A stretch of DNA of 64,000 bases from Botryllus schlosseri (Eukaryota). The position numbers and the translations under genes are program-made. The stretch is from assembly GCA_051294905.1 (NCBI GenBank), contig CM119378.1, positions 1,800,001-1,864,000 on the forward strand, written 5' to 3'. Positions 1 to 13,900 of the stretch are shown piece by piece; the first letter of the stretch is position 1; every line of letters begins with the position of its first letter. The notes beneath the pieces were generated by a model, which saw only the letters and a program-made list of their open reading frames with translations, had not been told where the DNA came from and made no database searches.

Positions 1-965
1 AATGCAAGCCTAATATACACACCACATCGTGGACGTCGATGTTCCATTTGGTGGCAGTATGGGGCGCTTAATTGTGTAATTACTATGCTAATGTAATCAC
101 TCCCACATACTTTGATTACATAATGAATACAGATTATAGTTGGACGCGTCTCAATTTAAGGGCAAGGTTAAGCAGTTAAACAAATAGTTTTACCAATCAC
201 TGGCACCGATTGCAGTTTCTTCATTCTGTTCTACAAATAACAGTATACTGATATCACATAGTTCGTATTATGTACGGTATGGCGTGACAAATGGAGAGAG
301 TTATTAATTTGATATTTACAATTGGAATTAATTTGATATAATCGAACACATTTAAGACGTAGCAGTGACAGCACTGCCTTTTTTGATTATCGAAATCAAA
401 ATTTCGAAAAATTCACGAACTAAGATAGATAACTCCGCCAGATGTACGTGTTATTCGCCGTCTTGATTTCAAGAACCGCCGCTCATTAGTTATTCAACTG
501 TATTTGTCTATACGGCCTATCTAGTATATGCTGATCAAGTTACCTCGGCCCAACTTAACTACCATAATTCATCTTCATCATCATCATCGTAATTTGACCC
601 TTTTCGCGTCTTCCAGAGGAAAATTCTTCACGTTTCATTATTTATTTATTACCAGAGATAGTCAAGTAAAAGTAATTGTAATTTAGCGTGAATTAACTGC
701 GTTACTTCTACCCTTACTTCCACTTTAATAGCAACGCTGATTACTTTGCCACCACTACTGTTTGTTCCACTATGTTTGCCTGTAGGCTGATCATGTTATT
801 TTTCCTTTCTCAACGAGCATATTCATCCTTGGATCTCGACCATGGGTGTCAAACACGGCCCGTCAGACGATTTAATATGGCCGTGGAAGCAATTACGAGT
901 AGCTGCAAAATGCTATCGTCTGCGGTCGTTGCCCCAAATATTTCAATGACTTCTTTATCTCGGAA

Positions 966-1435
966 TCAAAAGCGCATAAGTACAACACACGCGCGTCCAC
1001 GTCGTCCAAATATGATATGGTCGACCGAAAAGATCATCGCTCCATCAAATATGCCGGACCTGATGTGTGGAACAGTATCCCGCCGGCCACCCGACAGTCG
1101 ACGAGCATGTCCACATTCAAGTCGGAATACAAGCAATTACAACTAGATAAATACAGTCCATTCTCAAGATTTCCGGACCACGACTGATCTATCGATCTCG
1201 CTTCCCATGACATGCCGCCCTCTATTACTTGTCGCTTTCTTTTCTATACTATCTTCATTACTTTTATTCAGTGTGCACGCCTCCTATTTACATCGCCTAG
1301 GCCAAGGTGGGTGTCTGATTCGATAGACTACTCCAAGTCGCTTCGACTTCTTCCTGCCTTTTCATTGTATCACATTTTTGTGGTGTATTGAGCTGATAAA
1401 AATTGCTAATAAACCAATGATGATGAATGATGATG
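966..1435 (+). mobile_element. 5'-truncated L2/CR1-type LINE 3' end
   Basis: Encodes an HKYNTR...SIKYAGPDVWNSIP...FKS RT C-terminal remnant, then a 3' UTR ending AATAAACCA(ATG)n. Near-identical to other copies in the window. Confidence 0.8.
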
Positions 1436-1661
1436 CTGTATTATATCCAGCACATTTTCAACAAAAGTTGAGGTTTTAGTACGAAATACTTTGACATAAA
1501 TAATCCCTCAGGACAGCAACTGTCGAACATTTTCCTAGATAGGCTCAATTATACGCGTCGGACGGCACATTGTTGACTGAGTTTCCACACCTCATCCCGG
1601 GAAGGCAAAAATACACAACACGCTTGCGATTTAATGAAAAGATGGGAGGGTGCCTAAACTA

Positions 1662-2014
1662 TAGGCTTACCATATTTTGGAAATGTAAAAAGAGGACAAT
1701 TTTTCAGAAATTTGAGACTTGCAAAGTCAGAGAACAATTCTCAAAAATCGGTGAATTTTTCCCACTTTATGATCAGTCAACTTTCCCGCTCAGAGCCCAA
1801 AATACCGTTTCTTCCTCCACATTGCCGGGTGGTTGACTAAAAAAAAGGTCATCGTTTCGCTCAGAGCTCAAAATACCGTCATATCACTCGCAGTTTGCTC
1901 TAAATATGACCTAAATTTTCAAAAAAGAGGACAAAAGGGCGTCCTCCGAGGACACTTTGAAAAAAGTCAAAAATGAGGACAAATCCTCTTAAAAGAAGAC
2001 GTATGGTAACCCTA
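1662..2014. mobile_element. MITE, TAGG(G/C)TTACCATA...TATGGTAACCCTA family
   Basis: TIRs visible. GCCTAAAC on both sides, the left copy offset by TA. Homologous copies at 20180-20527 and 34479-34895. Confidence 0.8.
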
Positions 2015-2947
2015 GCCTAAACGACTTGGAGTAGTCTTTTAATCAGACACCCACCTTGGCTCACAGCATGTAAATAAGAGGTGTTTAGCGTTACTATTAG
2101 TAGAGTATATTATCATAACTTGACAAGATTCAAGAATCGAGTTCGATGCTCTAAAACAGAGGTCTCAAACACGCGGCCCGCGTGAGCATTTTGTGCGGCT
2201 CGTTACGAAATTTTGGGTTTTCATGCATTCGACAATATATTCAACTTACCCATATCTTTTTCATATTTGACTTCTTAAAGTTCAATGTAAAACTATTTAA
2301 AAAACCTGAAATCTCATCAAAGTTCAATATCACAACATTTGCAATAGCTACCATTTCGTGGAAGATCAGCTATTATGTCAGATTTCTAGTTCATGATGAT
2401 AAAACATGACCCGTTGATGATTTGTGTTGCCCCCATGATGTATAGTTAGTTACATCCTGGGTGATCTTTGGTCTCCTTATCCATGTTATTATCGACGGTG
2501 GCGAGTAAGGTAGTGGCACGATCCACAGCCGTCATTCCAATGGATTCTTCGGCGATCGGACATTCCAGGGGTTCTTAACCAGGGGTCGACGTATGCCTTC
2601 GGGGTACGAAGCACTACATTAGGGGGTACGAGATGCATTGCGGAATTAGGCCTATATGCTATCTATAGCTTCAAATTATTTTGCAAACCAACAAAACGTG
2701 GAATGTTTTCGGGCTAATTTATTCAACTGAAAAATATTCTTCGCGCCACGCGCGATTGCATGTGCACTGACTTTTTGGTTGATACCATCATAACTGGTGT
2801 CGAAAATGAACAGGGACACGAGAAATCTTATTGAAAGCACAAGGGGTATGATAGATAAAAAGGTTATGAGACACTGTTATTATTATGTCCCTATAAATGC
2901 TATATTTAAATTGTTATTGATATGTTCGAATCGAAGGCAAATCTAAC

Positions 2948-4220
2948 CAGAGGTGGTCAGTAACGAAGTACTTCTACTTGTTCGAAGTACTCAAGTAGTT
3001 TTCCTCTACTTCTGGTACTTACTCAAGTAGATCTGAATTTCACTACTTCTACTTCTACTTCATAATATTTTGTGATCTACGTACTTACTTTTCGCTATTT
3101 TCAGTTTGTCAAGTAGAAGTAGTTTAATCCTCCAATCAGAAGAAAGCCTGAGAAAATTTGGGGCTGTTTTCACGGAGTATCGACATTTAATTTTCATAAA
3201 AGTTGAATTTTCGTCGCGCTTCGCGCACAGTGAATGCGGAGTATCCAGTATGATTTCACGAAAGTAACGGTGAATATAATTTAGGTAGCGGGTTGGCGTG
3301 GTTCCGTTCACACCGCATTGTCGCCCTTCGCCATATCAAATATTTCGTCACAGTATATATGGCTAATCATAACGTTTGAAACTGATGTTTCTCAATCTAG
3401 CATGTACTTATCATACCGTAATCTAGCTGTCCATGGCGTGTCCTAATCTGGAAAAGTGGACTCTGACTTTTTTTCAGTTTTAGAGCTGTTTTTGCATACC
3501 AACCTTCGAAACTTTCTGGACTATAGACATTAAGTACATGTTCCGTTTTTAGATTTCTATTTCACTTGCAATCCCCAGTACCATTTATTTTGATTTATAA
3601 TTAATATCAGTTCTTTTGACTGGATAACGTACATCTTGAAGTATAAAACAAGTGTAGTAATGCCTTCAATTTCCAGAAACAAAACTACACAATATAGCAT
3701 TTTTACGGTCCACCATATTTTTTATTAACGTTTACTAATCGCACAAAGTGTTCACACCGCATCCAACACAACATCTCCGTATTGCTCTTCGACAAAACTA
3801 CAGGCCTTATAATAGGGGGAGTGCGCAATACCATGATATTCTCTAAAACGTGCTGTTTGAGTAAACAGAGGATTAGTATCGCATTTCCATATCAATACTA
3901 TCACTTTAATCCCATGATGTGGATGAATGCTTATGCTATCGAAAATTGGATACCTGCTGCTATGCATCAATATGAATCAAGCTCGTCACCTTTCGCATAG
4001 CTCAATTTGTACCTTTTTATAATCCATGTGAACGAATTAGGATCGTTTTCACAACTACTTACTTACTTGAGTACATTTAAAGTCAGTCAATTCTACTTAT
4101 ACTTCAATTACTTTTAGGTTGCTCATGGAAGAAGTACTTCTACTCGTACTTGAGTAGATTTTTTCGTCGCTACTTCTACTTCTACTTGAGTAGCTTTCTT
4201 GACTACTTTGACCACCTCTG
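2948..4220. mobile_element. hAT-like non-autonomous element with TACT/AGTA-rich subterminal repeats
   Basis: TIR CAGAGGTGGTCA...TGACCACCTCTG with perfect 8-bp TSD AATCTAAC. Confidence 0.9.
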
Positions 4221-4565
4221 AATCTAACGCAGATTTAATTTGACTTGGGTAATGATATCAACAATTGCCTACTATCAGGGCTTTACCAGAAACCCGGATT
4301 AGGCTACATTGCCCAAATGCTCTGATATCAGAACAATCTTTGGTAATTTCTAGAATATTCTACCTATAGTTGTGGCACGTCGAATGTCCGCTAGCTGCAA
4401 TATAATGACGCGGCAGATTTTACAATGTCATGATGCATTTATCCTCTCTCATGGTGTATATAACTCATTATTTTAACAAATTATGCCCGGCGCAACGACA
4501 ATTTTATTCAAATATTTGAAAATGAGATTTTTTTCGAGTCAAGCGTGAATAGTACAATAAGTAAA

Positions 4566-4657
4566 TTACATTACATTACGTTACATTACATTACATTACA
4601 TTACATTACATTACATTACATTACATTACATTACATTACATTACATTACATTACATT
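4566..4657. repeat. (TTACA)n microsatellite
   Basis: About 18 tandem pentamer units read directly. Confidence 0.95.
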
Positions 4658-4966
4658 CTATATTTCGAACTTGGTTAACCTCATTTACTGGCGTTCACTG
4701 CTGAAGAGAGCCAGTCGAAAAGCTTCCAGTGGAATAAATTTAACAATATGAACGTATTGTTTAACTGCAATATTGAAGTTTTGTACTCTGAAAAGCCTAT
4801 TTAAATTACATTTTCACGATGTTTGTGGAATGCCTGTATGCAAGTTCCCGTCAAATAAGGCCTACTTGGAAATTATTCATTGAATATCCCTATTATTGAT
4901 GCTGCGGCCCGCGGCGTCATCAAAAACTAGGAAATTGGCCCGCGAGCACATTTGAGCTTGAGACCT

Positions 4967-5251
4967 TCATCATCATCATTGGTTTATTAGCAATTTTATC
5001 AGTTCAATACACCACAAAAATGCGATACAATGAAAAGAACGGAAGATGTCGAAGCGACTAGGAGTTGTCCATGGAATTAGACACCCACCTTTGGCCTAGG
5101 CGAGATGTAAAGAGGAGGCATGCACACTGAATGAAAGTAAAGAAGATAGTATAGAAAAAGGAAGCGACAAGAAATAGGGCGGCATGTCATGGGAAGCGAG
5201 ATCGATAGGTCAGTCGTGGTCCGGTAATCTTGAGGATGGACTGTTTTTATT
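4967..5251 (-). mobile_element. L2/CR1-type LINE 3' UTR fragment
   Basis: Reverse complement of the 3' UTR and (ATG)n tail seen at 1150-1435. Confidence 0.8.
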
Positions 5252-5664
5252 ACCTATGCTCTAAAATTATGCTCTAAAATGCAGCACCGTAACTGCCGCA
5301 CCCCAAACCCCCCAATTGGGGGGGGGCGAGCTCGAAGGGGGCCCAAAATTATTTCGTGAATTAGCATAAATCATAGAGTATTTTTTGAAAATTTATGCAA
5401 TTCAAAGCGAATTCAAGTAGGCTACCTGTTCATCCATATTATTGGGTATTGGGCCTTTACCGCGCCACGACCCACCAAGACATACAATCAAGTTTTAGGT
5501 CATATAACATGCGACTCCAAAAAGTGTGCTTGGCCGAAAAGGTCTATGCCCTTATGCAGACCGAAAACTTCGTTATATAGGCTATACAAAATACATATAG
5601 GTTTATTTGTCCATAGGCGCCTAAATGACTGGCGCCGAATGTTCTTGTCTTTGCAATCTGAACC

Positions 5665-8600
5665 CAGGGATATATAGAACTCCGGGATGGCTGACTTCAT
5701 TTTGGCCATTACCTAAGTAGGTCCAGAAAGTTACCTGCAATCTGCCTCGAAATATCCACTTTTCTGCAAGCTAGCAATACAGCTGTTTCTAGAATAACGA
5801 TCCTCAACCTTTTGCGGAATAGTTAGTTAAGCTAGACATTCTTCCATTATCACAACCTTACTGCTGTATAGCCAACCTAGTAAAGTTCAACACTGCTGTA
5901 TAGCCAACCAAGTAAACTATCACAACTCTGAATTTCAGTAAATCATGAATGTGTTTAATTTCTACACATCATATAATCTGCATCAGGCCATAAATAACAG
6001 AGTGAATAACGAATAATATCAGCGTCTTCTACCTATTTACAAGCCATTGTCGGAAACCTTGCAGCTGGGATGGGGGGGGGGGAATAGGATTGATTAAATC
6101 AACCGTTTCAATTCGCGTTAACCGACAATTACCATGGAGTATAGGGTTGCATTTAAAACAAACATATTTAAAACCAGGCCCTTGTATAAAATATACTTTT
6201 TTTAAGCCATGACGTCAAGAATATTCAATAGTGACGTCATATTGGATTGACATTGACAATTGAAAATATAGTGTAAATATAGCTCCTTTGACGAAATATC
6301 TGTGCTATTGCCGTTGAACCGACTATTTTGAGGGTTCCAGCCATCCCATATCGATATTAGTCGGCTATATCGGGTGGTAATCGTCCGTAGGCTCATATAA
6401 CACGTATTTTAGAAAGTATTTACACAATTATGGCATAATTTTACAACGTTGGAAGAATTTTTTTTAAAAGGCCTTTGTTTAAAACACTGTTTAAAGCATG
6501 TTTTAAACATAGTATTTCAAACACCGTTGATTTTAAATGCACCCCTGCCATGGAGCATTTCCAATAACAAAAAGATAGCACGGCCTGTAAGGACTCGAAA
6601 TTGTGATAGCAGCATTGTCAGCTTCTATGTCACTCAATGAAAGTTGATCAAGAAATCAACACACCATTGATACTTCTCTTCAGGTTCAAATGTAGCCTCG
6701 GGTAGAAGTTTGGTACATATCATTATCAATTCAAGCAGCATTCGGTAGACCCAGTTGTTGAATTCAGCTGATATTTTGTTCACCGAGAAATAGTTTCATG
6801 ACCGCAGTGAAGAAATTGCCACCATGGCTTAACGGTACATCACGAATGGGCCTCCTGAAGCATTTCATGCCATTTATCAGTTGAGAAATATTCAGTATCA
6901 TTGTCTTGCAGATTTTCCGATAGAGCGATAGATGATTCCATGTAAAAAAATCATCTCGGTGAGGAGGCACGAGATCCAAATATTCAAATCGTGGCCATCT
7001 TTGCCAAGATTTCAATGGAATGTGCCCAGTATAATATATCAGGATATCCACTGTTGACGTGATGCAAATGCTGGAACATCGCGTTTGTTTTTCCGGAATC
7101 TGCAACAAAAATAAACAAATAATGTATTTAGAGACACAAATTAACCTTAAGAATATATATAGATGTATGCAGAGTTGGTCAGTAGTGAAGAACTTCTACT
7201 TCATTGCAGTACTCAAGTAGTTGTTGCCTATTTTCGAAGATACATCTTGTAATTCTGAAGCAGCCATCTCCAAACTTGAGTACCTTGCAGGCATTTCACT
7301 TTACAGCTACTTAAGGAAGTTAAAATACCAGTACGCTCGGGAATACGACTGTTACTTGAGTAGCAATGCAGACTACTTTAACCACATCAAGATTAATGTA
7401 AATCGCTCATGTAATAACGTATCACTAGAATCAGCCAAACTTACCTTGGGCCGACTGAGGAGAGGTCCATGCGTTATTGCAACGATTTGACTAAACCTTG
7501 CAAATTGAAAGCAATCTTCAAAGTTTTCTCTTCCTCCATCGTACAGGCCTATAGCCTATAGGCTATAAGTGTTTATATGGTAAAGACAGGCCGTATCTCA
7601 GGGTCGTCTCGTGTCCTGACGATTGTGTTGGCTTATCCATTCAAGGGAGTGGGCATCTTCATGGCCTCAGTAAGAGCAAATGGTCAACAAATGTTGTGGC
7701 CATATACTGGGAGTCAGCCATTGGTAGTTCACAACAGTGCACTTCTGTTGAAGTATAATTCCAGTACTGTAGCATTGAGGTGCCGCTCATTAACAAACAT
7801 ATGCCTGCCTTGTTTTACCAGACATGTTACTGATGAATAGTATCTGTAACAAGAGATTGGATTCAACAGTTGTTATGGACACTTACACAACTGCAAAGAC
7901 CTTGACGCGTTGTGTTGTGTTTGTATTAGATTCAAATGTTTGGTTATTCTCAATTGAAATTCCTCTTGAATCTTGCACACCGGTGGTGTACTCAGTGGCT
8001 CTAATTCTTACTAGGAATAATCCAGCAATGATCTGGAATACCGGTAAGCCTGCAATACCAGCAGCCAGCACTACCTGCATACTCACATATTAATCTATAG
8101 TACAAGATCTTAACTGACAAAGTCCCTCCTAACGGTCGCCTTCATAGTTGACACGGCACAGTGTAAATGTACACTTGTACTTGTGCAATGTACAGCCTTG
8201 GATGGTGACATACATTCGCATAACATGCCGGTAAATGAAAAACATACCGCAAGGCGTAATCAAAATCATACTGCGGATATCAATGTTAACGTTGGAAATT
8301 ATTCTACATTTTGTTATCTTCTCACGATTATCAGCGCAGCAAATCATGTTACATAAGATACTACAGAAGCAGAGATATTCCGAAGGCGAGTAAATGGCCG
8401 TACCGGTATACCGGTAAATTGCTGCTGAAGGAATAGGGCTAATACCGCAAAGTTTCAGACTACCTGAACATCTCATAACCTAGTTAACCTCTAGCTTTAT
8501 ATAATAACATAAACATGGATATTATATGCCTCTACCGCTCTCAAAAACTTAAAATTACACACAGATGAAGCGGCTGACCGTAACGTGAATCAAAACTGAA

Positions 8601-8682
8601 TGCGCGAATCTGGACCCACTTAGGTAATACCGCGATGACGCAATTGACGCAGTCAGCCATCCCGGAGTTCTATATATCCCTG
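5665..8682. mobile_element. 3018-bp DNA transposon (P or hAT superfamily), apparently non-autonomous
   Basis: Perfect 32-bp TIR CAGGGATATATAGAACTCCGGGATGGCTGACT, a further subterminal inverted match ATTACCTAAGTRGGTCCAGA, and perfect 8-bp TSD TCTGAACC (5657-5664 / 8683-8690). Confidence 0.9.
6142..6547. mobile_element. MITE nested in the 5665-8682 element
   Basis: TAGGGTTGCATTTAAAA...TTTTAAATGCACCCCTG, with CCATGGAG on both sides. A related end lies at ~38490-38572. Confidence 0.75.
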
Positions 8683-9817
8683 TCTGAACCTCACAAGACA
8701 AATACCATCCCGCTGGGAAAAATTTTATGCCAGTGAAGAAATACCAATATGAAATCGTGTGCGTCTCTCAGTTTAGAGGCCTACGTTTGGGCGATTCTAT
8801 ATATTTTGATATAGCAGACTGGAAGTCACGAAATAACATCATGTAACGAAGTCATATCAACGGGTCCGCCCGCCCGAAGATGTTTAATCATTATTTACGG
8901 GCCCTCCCGTTTTCAACACACTTCATTCAGCTCTACCGGTAAATCTAATTACGTGGGTAGAGAGGACAATAAATTGATAGCATAATATATATGCAATCGC
9001 CGATCTGATTGACCGATTTTATCATAAATTATCGAAAATTTTCGCGCTTCGCGCTGACTCACAATACAGTACAGACAATTTCGTGACAAACACGAACAAC
9101 GTGATGGGGAGGTCGTTTTATCACCGTATGGGAGCCCAAGACCCATGTTTGTTTGGGGCCTGACGAGGTGCTGTTTCGTTTCTGCCAACGGGTATACGCC
9201 CGAAGGTGTTTAATTATTATTGAGTGGTGCCACCTTTTCATACACACCTCACTCAGCTCTACCGGCAAATCTGATTACGTGAGCAGAGGGAAAATAAAAA
9301 TTGATAACAATATATGCAATTCCCGATCATACTGACCGATGAAATCATGAATTCTAGAAATTTTCCGCGCTTCGCGCGCTTAGGCGACATAAGCTCATTC
9401 GCTAAACAAACTCCCAATGAATATGATGATTAGGGGTGAACAGTGTGTCGCTGGAGGGGGTCTATAACCCTATGGCGGGCCCAAGACCAAAGTTTTTTTC
9501 GGGATGAGGGGGGGGGGGGGCTGACGAAGTGCTGTTACGGCCCTGGACGCATGAGACATATTAAGTGACCCGGGACATATCTTCGAATGGATTTCAAGTC
9601 ATCAAATATTTTGCATTCTTAACCCAGCCAGTGACAAGTGACCGAACCCTAAATAATAATAATTATTATTCAGTGGATTCAGTGGCGTTGTCGATATTAC
9701 AAAACAGCCTCGGCATGTCCTCTGTCGCAATACATTTACTATACACTCACAAGTTTACTAAACAAGTATATTTAGTTGGCTCTGTCCGCGGCTACATATT
9801 CCGTAGCTATAAACGCT

Positions 9818-10404
9818 GCGCACAAGTACAACACACGCGCGTCCACGTCGTCCAAATATCATATGATCGACCGAAAAGATCATCGCTCCATCAAATATGC
9901 CGGACCTGATGTGTGGAACAGTATCCCGCCGGCCATCCGACAGTCGACGAGCATGTCCACATTCAAGTCGAAATACAAGCAATTACTACTAAATAAATAC
10001 AGTCCATCCTCAAGATTACCGGACCACGACTGACCTATCGATCTCGCTTCCCATGACATGCCGCCCTATTTCTTGTCGCGTTCTTTTTCTATACTATCTT
10101 CTTTACTTTCATTCAGTGTGCATGCCTCCTCTTTTTCATTTCATCATTGGTTTATTAGCAATTTTATCAGTTCAATACACCACAAAAATGCGATACAATG
10201 AAAAGACAGGAAGATGTCGAAGCGACAAGGAGTAGTCTATGGAATCTGACACCCACCTTGGCCTAGGGCCTAGGCCAAGGTGGGTGTCAGATTCCATAGA
10301 CTACTCCTTGTCGCTTCGACATCTTCCTGTCTTTTCATTGTATCGCATTTTTGTGGTGTATTGAACTGATAAAATTGCTAATAAACCAATGATGATGATG
10401 ATGA
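9818..10404 (+). mobile_element. L2/CR1-type LINE 3' fragment with internal foldback duplication
   Basis: ORF 9776-10033 HKYNTRASTSSKYHMIDRKDHRSIKYAGPDVWNSIPPAIRQSTSMSTFKSKYK, then 3' UTR with palindrome 10141-10395 and (ATG)n tail. Confidence 0.85.
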
Positions 10405-10940
10405 TACCCCTATCCGCCACCGATATCTTCAATGGTGATACATTGGATCCATGCAGAGGTATGTATAATAGTTGTCAGAAATTTGATATCTCTAATTTCG
10501 ATCGTTATTTCGTTTCGTTTATTTATTGTCTTCATCGTCCCAAGACACCACGAGATTGCGATGGATTGGAGAGATTGAAATGTGCCGTGATGTCTTTCAA
10601 TCAGACACCTACCCTGACCTAGAACATATAAATTTGTGATATGAAGGATGTGATGGTGTTTAGATGTAAGAGAGCCAATCAATTTAACTAGCTTATAACG
10701 TAGGCCTATATAACCTATATAGTGAAAGTGATTGCTGTTATTCATCAACTGATTATGTTTTGACGTACGAATCAACTTATTTTAGCAGGATACATATAAA
10801 TGAAGCTCTAAAAATGATCACCTTTATCACAACATCGTGATTTCTTTCTGATTCTGATTGAAAAGATATGCACCATTTTGCGATGTTTGGGATTTGAAGT
10901 ACAACGAATATTTCAATCGTGTGACCAAATACCTGGAAAA

Positions 10941-13900
10941 ATGGAAGAAGCGAAGCCAACGCACTGTGAGCGAGGAGAACTAATGGGTGGTTTTGGTATT
11001 TTTATTCAAGTGAGTGCCGTTACATCATAAATTACTGGGTTACGACTCCTGATTGTAGACTACTGTGTTTGAGTGAATTTCTTCACATTCATGATTTGAG
11101 TTACTGATAGCAAGGTTCTTGCTATTAGTCATCAACTGATTATATTATCAAATATGAATCGATTCTTAGTTCATCCGAGTCTACATTTACAAACTTAGTT
11201 TAGGTCTCTGGCCAGAGGCCAGCCAATCGGCCAATATTGTGTTTTGCTTGATATAATATCCATTGCTTGCTCAACTTGTAGGCCTATATGTTAACCACTG
11301 TTTTTTTGAATGCACTTCAGATGTCAGATCATTAGGGCAAGTTTTTGCGACTTTTGCAACAACTGATCATGATTTTTATATATATATATATAACATATAT
11401 ATACTTAATATGTACGTAACAGTAGTTGGTTTGGTGTTGGTAGGTTGTCCGTGTACGTGTCGGACGTTTAATAGTAGGCCTATACAATTGAATAATACAT
11501 TCATATTGCAATATACCCGAATATTTTCGGCTGACACTCATCAGGGATAATCGTCAGCAAATAGTTGAGAGTTGAAAAGAACTTTGTGTATGGTATCAAC
11601 TGTCGCATCACTAATTAAGACATCACATCCATGAAATTTCGAATAATCTAGGCGAGCAGAGTTTGATGTACTATTTTTAGGTAATAATGCACAAACTCCT
11701 TCTCTTAGCACAAACTGGGTTGGCGTATTTTGATAAATATGAATTTTGCGAAATATTTGTATATTGAACTTTTGTATCTCCAAGAGTCTATTCAATGTTA
11801 TACTCTACAACAAATTTGAATGGTTGTTCGTGAAACTGTAGTGACTTATCGAATTGCTTAACTGAGAGAAAATTTACGAATGTGTCTGTATGATATTCAA
11901 GACTATTTGGTCTGAATATGGTTGAAAACTATTTTTATATATCCTTTGATGGGACTGTGTGTATACTGTGTAATTAAGCCTCAATATTTTTCAGGCGATC
12001 CTTGGTTTTATCGCATTCAGCACGCTGATGTTAAAAAGACTTCGAGAACCCAAAAAACAGCGTAGACGGTGGATAATATGGTTTTTTGATACCTCAAAGC
12101 AGGTCAGTCCTTCGAATGCTAAATATATTTGCTATCTTCAGTTTCTATCATACCACTATTCATAGCATAAGTTACGGACTAGGACTACTGTAGGAGACTG
12201 GGAGTTATCTACATTTTTGTGTGTGCTATACTGGAATTCCCTGATGTTAACTCGTCAATAAAATCTTCTAATGCTATCAAGTCAGAGTTGATACGTACAA
12301 ACTACTGCGCAACACATGTTTTCTAGTTCTACAACTAAATTATTTTTAATTTGCGCAACTAGAAGTAGGACTAGAACTACTCTTCAAAACCGCAACTAGA
12401 ACTGAAACTACTCAAAAACCAGTAGTTAGTTGTCCGTCAACCAACTATATTGTTAGTTTGTACAAGCATGTATGAAGCAATGACAACTTTGTCATATTAT
12501 AATTTTGCAGGGCTTGGGTACTTTGTTCATTCATTTTGCGAATGTTTTGTTGGCGGATGCGCTGTCTTCTGAAGATCCGTGTACTTGGTACCTTATAAGC
12601 TTCCTTTTGGATTCGACTGTGGGGCTCTTGCTCATATATCTCGGACTCAAGGTATATTTATGTTTTTTATTGTCTACAAGAAGAACACAGGTAACCTATA
12701 GTGCTGATACAAAGCTTCTATCAATGTCATCTTTTTATGTACAAGACTGTGAGTAGGCTTTGGAGCGAAAATGTCACCATTTGTAAGTAAGCTATTGGAT
12801 ACTGATGCAGATAATATGCTTAAATATTCATCCACCAATAATATAATCAATAGCCACCAATAATTTTCCGAGGCCTGCCCAATGTGTTGCCACTTTATCT
12901 TATAGTCTGACAACGGACTGAGAAAAGGGACACAAACACTACGATCACTAAATTTTGTATCTTTTAATGTAGCACATGAAGATTTTCGACAAATTTTCGT
13001 CCGTAGTACCTATTACTAATGAGATGATGTGCCAAACCTACCAACTACCAAAAAGCTTTAGCCTATATTTCACTGCATCATTGATATTTTTCCACTTGTC
13101 AATTGTCGAAAGGGTTGCACAGCACACTTTTGGAATAGTGTGTTGGTTTTAGAGAAAATGCCACCATTAGATGTCGCAGAACGAATAATTGTTCGGGGTT
13201 TAAATTTAATTACCATAATACCAATAACTTGCCAGATTACCATTGGATTATCAACTACGAATACATTCACAAAAATTTTTTCAATACACGGCATTGTGAT
13301 TCTGTTAATAATAGGTAGATACACGAATCAAGTATCATATGTTTCTTTTTGACATTGCAGTTGGCAAAATATGTTGTTAGTGCCTTTGATTGTACGTCAC
13401 TGTATTTCGGCGAATATGGGGATCCTCCACGGTGCCATGCGTGGCTGGGACAGTGTGCCATCTATCTCATCATCATGGTCATTGAGAAGGTATGTGGGCT
13501 TGTTTGAAATACCATTACCATGAATAAAGATTTCTAATTTGTAATTATTGCTGGAGATTTATGATGCTGCAGGATAAATAAACTATAGGCCCTATCGAAA
13601 GTCATGATATTGTATACGATATTGCTTTTAGTTTGTAATTGATAGATTATCTGACAGTGTTTTGCTCGTGAATGGGTGGTTTCTAGTACAGATCGTCATT
13701 AGTGGCTCTCATGCTCACTGAAGAGTGTCCGAGTGGTTGCCCGCTTATGGCAATAGCTTTTTGTACTGTTGATTTACGGCCGTCATAAGATGTGAACTGG
13801 TTGAGTAGCGTTTCTTTCGTGAATGACCTGCGTTTTGATCACACTCAGCGATTCAATCACATTACACGTGGACGATAAGAATTTTCCAGACAATAACCAA

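Larger units (their letters stand above)
2157..5258. mobile_element. hAT-like non-autonomous element (CAGAGGTCTCAAAC ends) carrying nested insertions
   Basis: Left TIR at 2157 preceded by CTCTAAAA. Right TIR (...TTGAGACCT, ~4965) is interrupted by a LINE fragment and CTCTAAAA follows at ~5259. Same family as 23241-24463. Confidence 0.6.

Noticed and set aside
4545..4751. ORF with LHYIT repeats; likewise the 51458-51675 NYNY/ITIT ORFs
   Set aside because: Translations of microsatellite or subterminal repeats.
8920..9545. ~320-bp imperfect tandem duplication
   Set aside because: Part of a decayed repeat element hosting the 5665-8682 insertion; nothing beyond ordinary TE structure.
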